From an uncultured Pseudomonadales bacterium (lineage in GTDB: Bacteria; Patescibacteriota; Microgenomatia; UBA1400; PJMF01), in the NCBI GenBank assembly GCA_964609285.1, contig CAZSQY010000002.1:1-40482 (forward strand): DNA of 40,482 nucleotides, read 5' to 3'. The position numbers and the translations under genes are program-made. Every line of letters begins with the position of its first letter. The stretch's first letter is position 1. Under the pieces are notes generated by a model that ran no database searches, was not told where the DNA came from, and was given only the letters and a program-made list of their open reading frames with translations. Below, piece by piece: positions 1 to 6,055 of the stretch.

Positions 1-55
1 ATTTATTCCCCGCAGTAAGTTTATCTACCGAAAGGTAGGCTGACGGGGTATAAAT
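1..55. repeat. Extragenic palindromic hairpin element, copy A (may continue beyond the window edge)
   Basis: Outer arms atttat(1-6)/ataaat(50-55), ccccg(8-12)/cgggg(44-48) and cag/ctg. They enclose a core of AAGTTTA, a 6-bp stem capped by GAAA (24-39), then GGCT. The core matches the reverse complement of 4445-4484. Confidence 0.5.
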
Positions 56-67
56 AATAATTAATAT

Positions 68-1135
68 TTAATATTTTGGCAAAAATATCTTAGAATTTTC
101 TTGAGTAATTATTACTTGATCAAAATCCCGCTCCACAATGATTCGAGCCGCTTTGCGTACCGCTCCCTCCAAAGTACGCTTGAGAGTTCTGATACCGGCA
201 TCAAAGCCTAAAGGTCGAACCATGCTAGGCCAAACATCGTCTTCAATTTTAAACTGCTCTGGTTTAAGGCCTGCCTGCACTAATAATTCCGGCAAAATAT
301 ACTCCTTACCAATCACAATTTTTTCTTGATCGGTATAAGAAGGCATAGTTATCTTTTCGACCCTGTCCATGACTGCAGTTGCAATTTGAGTAGTATTGTT
401 GGCTGTAGCAATAAAAATGGCTTGACTTAAATTAACCGGATAATCAACATAATTATCTGTAAAAGCATGATTTTGAGCTGGGTCGAGCAGCTCTACTAAA
501 GTACCCATAATCTCCCGAGTGGCCTCATCGCTAATACGATCAATCTCGTCTAAAAGAATAACAGGGTTGCGAGCTTCTGCTTGCGCAATACCTTTAATGA
601 CTCGGCCTGGTTCACTGCCTAAAATTAAACGCGATTCGCCGCGCAAATCCTTGGCTGAACCCATGCCGCCAAAAGGAATTCGAACCATTTTTCTATTCAA
701 AGCTTCGGCTAAGGAATAAGCAAAAGTAGTTTTACCCGTTCCCACCAAACCAACCAACAATAAAATTGGAGCGCGGAAGTCCTCATCAGCATAATTTTTT
801 TTGCGTAAATTTAAAACAGAGATATATTCTAGAAAACGATCTTTAACCTCCTGCATCCCATAATGATGCTCATTAAAAATTCGTTTTGCTTCTTCAATAT
901 CCAAACGATCTTCTGTCTCTTCATGCCAGGGAATTCTTAAAATCCAATCGATATACTTACTGACCTTTTCATATTTAACATCATAATTACCCAACTCCAC
1001 ACTACGCTGTAGAGCAACGATGTCTTTGCGAGCCTTACGCCTTAACTCATCAGGCATTTCAGACTGCTCCACTTTTTGCTGCAGTTCGTGAATTTCTTGC
1101 TCTAAAATTTGTTGATAATCAGGTTTTTGATCCAT
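68..1135 (-). CDS. Lon-like AAA+ ATPase module; no LAN N-domain and no protease domain in this ORF
   Basis: IDWILRIPW...HYGMQEVKDRFLEYI matches the Lon pre-AAA helix. Walker A is GLVGTGKTT and Walker B is ILLDEIDR. The ORF ends after GIRTLKRTLEGAVRKAARII...LPKY, which is where Lon normally continues into the protease domain. Confidence 0.7.
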   Translation of the reverse strand: MDQKPDYQQILEQEIHELQQKVEQSEMPDELRRKARKDIVALQRSVELGNYDVKYEKVSKYIDWILRIPWHEETEDRLDIEEAKRIFNEHHYGMQEVKDRFLEYISVLNLRKKNYADEDFRAPILLLVGLVGTGKTTFAYSLAEALNRKMVRIPFGGMGSAKDLRGESRLILGSEPGRVIKGIAQAEARNPVILLDEIDRISDEATREIMGTLVELLDPAQNHAFTDNYVDYPVNLSQAIFIATANNTTQIATAVMDRVEKITMPSYTDQEKIVIGKEYILPELLVQAGLKPEQFKIEDDVWPSMVRPLGFDAGIRTLKRTLEGAVRKAARIIVERDFDQVIITQENSKIFLPKY

Positions 1136-1198
1136 GGGCAGTTAGTGTTTATTTTTCGATCAATCTAAAACTCAATCCTCAGATTTTTTTTGTCAAAT

Positions 1199-2122
1199 CT
1201 ATTGTAACCATTCTTTCTTAAACATCATACCAGGTTTAGCTCCATAATAAGCAACTACCGAAGCTGCATTTTTTGACCCCAGCTGAGCTGCCTCTTGAGC
1301 TGATTTACCTAACATAGTGGCTGCCACAAAACCAACACTAAAAGAATCTCCGGCTCCGGTAGTATCCACTACTTTTGAGCTAAGAGCAGGGAAGTGGGTA
1401 AGGTGCTGACCTTGCTGATAAACTTCTCCACCCTTAGACCCGGCTGTCACCGCTACTAAATTAATTTCTTGAAGAATCTCCTCTTGAACATTGTGAACCA
1501 AATCCCATTCCCTCTGGTTAACTATGAAAATATCAGCTGGCACTTGTTTAATTGACAATTGACGGTTGGCTAAGAGACTAAGTTCGCTCTTACCAGGATT
1601 CCAGGACAGCTTGGTCTGAGAAGAGTTTTCTACCACTGAAAAAATTTTTTCTAAAGTAGGTTGACGTCCTCCAATGCTGGTCAGATGAATTCTCTGAGCC
1701 TGAGCAAGCCAATAACCGGGAATATCAAACGGGTCTAATAAAGAAGAGGCCCCGCGATGTACTAAAACGGTTCGTTCACCTTCATCACAAACTAAAATAA
1801 TTGATCCTCCGGTCTGCTCTTTTTTTTCTTCAATAATCAATTTTGTGTCTACCTGGTTCTCAATAAAATCTTGCTTAACTAAATAAGCAAAATTATCCCG
1901 GCCGGTTTCACAAATAACAGCGGTTTCAAAACCTAACCGAGCAAAACCAACAGCACTGTTGCTACCGCCGCCGCCGGTATATACATTTAAAGTCTTGAGT
2001 TCAAGCTTATCGCCATGAGTATGACACAGCATTGCTCCCTGAGGTGAGTCTACTTTTTGAAAAGCAGGAGTATGAATAAAAACGTCTACTAGGGCAGAAC
2101 CAATAGTAATTATTTGATGCAT
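1199..2122 (-). CDS. PfkB-family carbohydrate/nucleoside kinase (ribokinase-like)
   Basis: GGGGSNSAVGFARLG and the C-terminal DTTGAGDSF PfkB signature. Confidence 0.8.
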   Translation of the reverse strand: MHQIITIGSALVDVFIHTPAFQKVDSPQGAMLCHTHGDKLELKTLNVYTGGGGSNSAVGFARLGFETAVICETGRDNFAYLVKQDFIENQVDTKLIIEEKKEQTGGSIILVCDEGERTVLVHRGASSLLDPFDIPGYWLAQAQRIHLTSIGGRQPTLEKIFSVVENSSQTKLSWNPGKSELSLLANRQLSIKQVPADIFIVNQREWDLVHNVQEEILQEINLVAVTAGSKGGEVYQQGQHLTHFPALSSKVVDTTGAGDSFSVGFVAATMLGKSAQEAAQLGSKNAASVVAYYGAKPGMMFKKEWLQ

Positions 2123-2187
2123 AAAGAGTCTAATCCATTATAGAGTAGACTTTGCGCCAAAAAAAGATAAGCCCGGTTTAAAAAGCT

Positions 2188-2793
2188 TCAGGCTCGAGCT
2201 GTCAACTCAGCTTCCAATTCTTGTATGGCTTTAAGCAGCTCATCTTGATTTTCTACTATCTTAAAAACCTCCATCTCTTTTTCACCAATGAAAAAGTGTT
2301 TGCGCACTACATCCAAAACCTCATGCCAAAAATCACCAAATAAAATTAAAGGCTTATGCTTACCATGATACAAATGAGCTAATAGCCAAGCAGTGGTCCA
2401 TTCACTTAAAGTGCCCGTCCCTCCTTTAAAACAAATGAAAAGATCTGCATAATAAATCAAACCAAACATACGCTCAATATAATTGGCTGTTTCCAGCTCT
2501 TGATCAACTTGATTATCGCTCTCGCGTCCTTCAAACTCGGGCATATTCTCAGGATAAAAAGTAATGGCTACTGTCTCTCCCTCAACTGATTCAGCCCCCT
2601 GAGTGGCTGCTTGCATAATACCGGGTCCACCACCGTTGACAATAATTTTACCCTGTTTTGCTAAAGTTTGGGCTGTTTTGAAAACTTGCTGGCATAGAGG
2701 ATGATCTTGAGGTAGATCAGCGCTACCGAAAAAAGCCACTTTTTTAATTTGATGAGCACTAAACTGCTCCGGAATTTCTATTTTTCTTTTCAT
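2188..2793 (-). CDS. LOG / TIGR00730 family Rossmann protein (nucleotide phosphoribohydrolase-like)
   Basis: GGGPGIMQAA and KGGTGTLSEW (the PGGxGTxxE motif). Confidence 0.7.
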   Translation of the reverse strand: MKRKIEIPEQFSAHQIKKVAFFGSADLPQDHPLCQQVFKTAQTLAKQGKIIVNGGGPGIMQAATQGAESVEGETVAITFYPENMPEFEGRESDNQVDQELETANYIERMFGLIYYADLFICFKGGTGTLSEWTTAWLLAHLYHGKHKPLILFGDFWHEVLDVVRKHFFIGEKEMEVFKIVENQDELLKAIQELEAELTARA

Positions 2794-2859
2794 TTTAAAT
2801 ACTTTCTAAAACATTAATATTTATATAAAACTGAATTGGTAAAAAATTTTTCAATTTTT

Positions 2860-3519
2860 TTAAATTTGTTGAATCTGCTGTGCAATCTGGCTTGGTTTTT
2901 CAGATGTCCAAAGCAAACTACCCACAGCCACGGCATCAGCCCCTGCCTGCTTGAATAGTAAAATATTATCTAATTTTACTCCGCCGTCAACTACCACTTC
3001 AGCAGATAAGTTGTGAATTTTTAACCATTGAATCAAGTCTGCTAGCTTTTTGAGCACAGATTGATGCAGGCTTTGTCCTTGAAAGCCAGCTTCAACACCC
3101 ATCAATTGAATGAGATCAATATCACTGGCGCTAGACAAGTCTAAAGATTCGATTGGAGTAAATAAATCCAAACCTAATCCGGCTTGAATTTTATTTTTTT
3201 TTAATTCTGACAAAACCTCAGCTTGATTACTCATATGCTCGATTTGCGCAATAACAGCCCGCACTGGCAGTTGCTTATTGCACTGTATGATTTCAGACAC
3301 ATAGTTAATTGGCTCCTCAACCATCAAGTGAAAATCAATTTTTAAATCTTGAAAATCCAGATCAACTAAATCTAGCGGGGTGACAGTCATATTATCAGCA
3401 TACTGACCATCTATCACATCAATTTGTACCACCTCAACTGGTTCTAAACTTTGGGCGATTGACAATTGTTTTTGAATTTCTGCAACTGAATCTGATAATA
3501 AGGCCGGATAAAATTTCAT
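2860..3519 (-). CDS. rpe: Ribulose-phosphate 3-epimerase homologue (divergent)
   Basis: Aligns by eye to Rpe: QIDVIDGQYADNMT (E. coli HFDVMDNHYVPNLT), DFHLMVEEP, MGVEAGFQGQS, VVDGGVK, AGADAVAVGS. Confidence 0.7.
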   Translation of the reverse strand: MKFYPALLSDSVAEIQKQLSIAQSLEPVEVVQIDVIDGQYADNMTVTPLDLVDLDFQDLKIDFHLMVEEPINYVSEIIQCNKQLPVRAVIAQIEHMSNQAEVLSELKKNKIQAGLGLDLFTPIESLDLSSASDIDLIQLMGVEAGFQGQSLHQSVLKKLADLIQWLKIHNLSAEVVVDGGVKLDNILLFKQAGADAVAVGSLLWTSEKPSQIAQQIQQI

Positions 3520-3585
3520 AATATAAAAAACCTAAATAATTATTAAACCCTGGTGGGTAGAATCTTAATTTGCTTGATAAAAAAA

Positions 3586-4068
3586 TTAATCTTGAGTTTC
3601 AAGCTGCCTAATTTGTTCAAGCCTCCGCTGGTGACGCTCGTCTTGAGAAAAAGAGGTATGTAAAAAAGCTTGAATAACGGCTTGAGCTTCTTCTTGGCTG
3701 ATCCAGTCAGCTGCTAAAGAGATTACATTGGCATTATTATGCTGGCGGGCATGTTGAGCACTAGTTTGATTAAAAACTTCCACCGCCCTAATATTAGCAA
3801 ACTTGTTAGCGGCAATTGCCATCCCGCCGCCGGAACGACAAAATAAAATACCCACTGCTTGGGGCTTATCTTGCACTGATTGTGCTACAGCCGCAGCGTA
3901 TTGGGGATAGTCATCTTGAGAATCAAGTTGGTGGGCGCCTAAATCTTGAACAACAAAATCTTGCTGCATAAGCCATTCTTTAATGGCTTCTTTGAGTTGA
4001 TAACCACCGTGATCAGCCCCTAAATATATTTTTAAATTAGGTTTAGTTTGAGAAGATTCTTGCTTCAT
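3586..4068 (-). CDS. rpiB: Ribose-5-phosphate isomerase B (RpiB/LacAB family)
   Basis: LGADHGGYQLK at the N-terminus and CRSGGGMAIAANK (catalytic Cys region). Confidence 0.85.
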   Translation of the reverse strand: MKQESSQTKPNLKIYLGADHGGYQLKEAIKEWLMQQDFVVQDLGAHQLDSQDDYPQYAAAVAQSVQDKPQAVGILFCRSGGGMAIAANKFANIRAVEVFNQTSAQHARQHNNANVISLAADWISQEEAQAVIQAFLHTSFSQDERHQRRLEQIRQLETQD

Positions 4069-4070
4069 TG

Positions 4071-4391
4071 CTATTTATTATATCCCAAACTTTCTTGGGC
4101 TTCTTGACTCATCATGTCTGGATTCCAAGGTGGATCAAATACTAATTGCAGTTCAATTTGAGTTTCTGGGTTATCAACTAAGTCAGAAAGGGTCTGCCTC
4201 ATATTTTGAGCAATAAAATTTGCTAAAGGGCAGCCGGGTGTGGTCAAGCTATACTTAATCTTAATCTGGTCATCTTTAACTTGGACATCGTAAATAAAAC
4301 CCAAGCTGACTATATCCAGGCCTAATTCCGGATCAATCACGGTTTTGAGTTTTTGCCAAACTTCTTTTTCAGAGATGTGAGTATTCGACAT
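4071..4391 (-). CDS. sufT: DUF59/MIP18 Fe-S assembly protein (SufT-like)
   Basis: VIDPELGLDIVSLGFIYDV and TTPGCPLA motifs. Only 2 nt separate it from rpiB. Confidence 0.75.
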   Translation of the reverse strand: MSNTHISEKEVWQKLKTVIDPELGLDIVSLGFIYDVQVKDDQIKIKYSLTTPGCPLANFIAQNMRQTLSDLVDNPETQIELQLVFDPPWNPDMMSQEAQESLGYNK

Positions 4392-4432
4392 AATAAATTC
4401 GCAAATTAGTATTAGATTAGAAATGGGCTCAT

Positions 4433-4496
4433 TTCTGATTTGTCTCCCATAGCCTATCTTTCGATAAGTAAACTTGCCGCGAAGGACAAATCAGAA
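4433..4496. repeat. Extragenic palindromic hairpin element, copy B (inverted relative to copy A)
   Basis: A 12-bp outer stem, ttctgatttgtc(4433-4444)/gacaaatcagaa(4485-4496). On the minus strand the core reads AAGTTTA-cttatc-GAAA-gatagg-CT, homologous to 16-41 on the plus strand. Confidence 0.5.
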
Positions 4497-4503
4497 TAAA
4501 CAA

Positions 4504-4531
4504 ATTATAGCGTAAAATCTTATAGAGCCAA
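4504..4531 (-). promoter_or_regulatory. Candidate sigma70-type promoter for the sufT-rpiB-rpe... operon
   Basis: The minus strand reads TTGGCT-N16-TATAAT. It lies just downstream of the terminator of the preceding gene and just upstream of hairpin element B. The genome is AT-rich, so chance matches are common. Confidence 0.35.
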
Positions 4532-4540
4532 AAACACGAT

Positions 4541-4570
4541 CAAAAAGCCCGCATCTTAAAGATGCGGGCT
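4541..4570 (-). terminator. Rho-independent terminator of the 72-aa gene
   Basis: A perfect 10-bp GC-rich stem agcccgcatc/gatgcgggct with a 5-nt loop, followed on the minus strand by TTTTT. Confidence 0.8.
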
Positions 4571-4609
4571 TATAAAACTGCAATCTGTAATTCAACTTAA
4601 GCAAACTAA

Positions 4610-4828
4610 TTACTCTTCAGTCCGAATCTTGCGCAACACAGGCATACCGGTTCTCTTGGTTTCAACCACTTCATAACCAGCAGGCACCATTTCAATAGCG
4701 CCCTCACGAACATCGCGGGCAAAGAAATAAATAGTTTGGACTCGACCATTCTTTAAGGTGACATCTCTCTTGTGGAGATAGTAAGTCTGCCCCTTGGAAT
4801 TGGTGTAACTGTAAGCATTGACTGCCAT
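4610..4828 (-). CDS. Small conserved-looking hypothetical protein (72 aa), monocistronic
   Basis: AAGGAG Shine-Dalgarno about 7 nt upstream of the ATG, and its own strong terminator. I recognise no family. Confidence 0.6.
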   Translation of the reverse strand: MAVNAYSYTNSKGQTYYLHKRDVTLKNGRVQTIYFFARDVREGAIEMVPAGYEVVETKRTGMPVLRKIRTEE

Positions 4829-4983
4829 AAATGCTCCTTTTCTTCCCTAATAAGGGTAATTGTTATTAATTAATAGTCCTTGCTAAATTTGATATTTTGA
4901 TTATTAACTATTAAATCCTGTCTCAAGTTTAGCCTGGTATAGCTATAGACTAACAGAACCAGACTATGACCTCAAGCAGCAAT

Positions 4984-5505
4984 TTACTCAATTTCAACTA
5001 CATCCGCTTCAATTCTTCCCCTGAGTAATTCTTGCTCAATCTCCATATCAGCAACATTGGTTTCCTGACTCACAATTAGTTCCAAAGGTAGATTTTCTGT
5101 AGAAAGTGAGGCACTACCCATATAACCACCTTTTCCATAGGCTAAAACAAAAGCCTTTTGCGGAACGTCAGCATCTTCAGCTTGAAGCCAAACTTGATAA
5201 GTTTGATCAGTCTGAGGCAGCTCAGCATTGATGGTTACTAATAACCTGTCATCTTGTAGTTTGTATCGAACCTGACCGGCCACAAACTCCTCAGGTTCTT
5301 CCGGCTCCAAAGGAACAGTGCTCACATCTTCTGTGCCTCTTACAATCTGCATTTCTTCTTCTGTTAAATTTTCGATCTGAATATCTAAATCTTGCTCAGC
5401 GTTCTGACGACTGGTTCTAAGATGGTACCAACGGAAAGCTAAAACAACCACCAACAATAGGGCTATCGTGGGAATAATAAAAGGATAATATTTTTTGACG
5501 TTCAT
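4984..5505 (-). CDS. Membrane-anchored hypothetical protein (one N-terminal TM, acidic extracytoplasmic part)
   Basis: YYPFIIPTIALLLVVVLAF is a TM segment. The C-terminal YQVWLQ...P segment faintly resembles the anti-sigma-K RskA C-domain; this is weak. Confidence 0.5.
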   Translation of the reverse strand: MNVKKYYPFIIPTIALLLVVVLAFRWYHLRTSRQNAEQDLDIQIENLTEEEMQIVRGTEDVSTVPLEPEEPEEFVAGQVRYKLQDDRLLVTINAELPQTDQTYQVWLQAEDADVPQKAFVLAYGKGGYMGSASLSTENLPLELIVSQETNVADMEIEQELLRGRIEADVVEIE

Positions 5506-5706
5506 AGCAGCCTTTCTGGTTATAAATTAATTCTGTTATTAATATTGGGCAGCTGTCAAAGGGGGGCAGAAGTGTTATAGATTGATGTTATTTTCTCGTA
5601 TTAAATAGTAAAGTCAATTAGTATTTATTATTTATTGTTAGTTATAACTAAATTTTATACAAAATGCAAGCCAAGAGGCCTTGATATTAATTCAAAGCAA
5701 CCGAAA

Positions 5707-5937
5707 TTACTCGTTTTTGGGCCAAACTTTTTTACCTGTTTTGACTTCAATAACCTTAATCGCTCCCACGGGACAGCTTTGAGCAGCCAACAACTGAATC
5801 TCAGGATCATCACCAGCCCCATCTATTACCTGAGCGATCTCGTCATCATCCAGCTGAAACGTTTTAGGCGCCAAGGCTACGCAGCTGGCGGCAGAGATGC
5901 ACTTGGATGAATCGACCTGAAATTGGTATTTAGACAT
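5707..5937 (-). CDS. Small single-cluster ferredoxin (3Fe-4S type pattern)
   Basis: CISAASC (CxxAxxC, with the middle Cys replaced by Ala) plus a distal SCPVGAI (CP motif). Confidence 0.7.
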   Translation of the reverse strand: MSKYQFQVDSSKCISAASCVALAPKTFQLDDDEIAQVIDGAGDDPEIQLLAAQSCPVGAIKVIEVKTGKKVWPKNE

Positions 5938-6055
5938 CGCTATTGTTTGAAGTCTTAGATTGAATAACTGACAATTGAGTGAACCCTAGTTTAAACCTAT
6001 AAATTGCAAATTTTTCGGTTCTAAGCATTCACTGATATCATTACTATCATTACCC

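Noticed and set aside
5635-5910. A 91-aa plus-strand ORF overlapping the ferredoxin gene.
   Set aside because: It is antisense to a CDS with clear ferredoxin cysteine motifs and has no features of its own.
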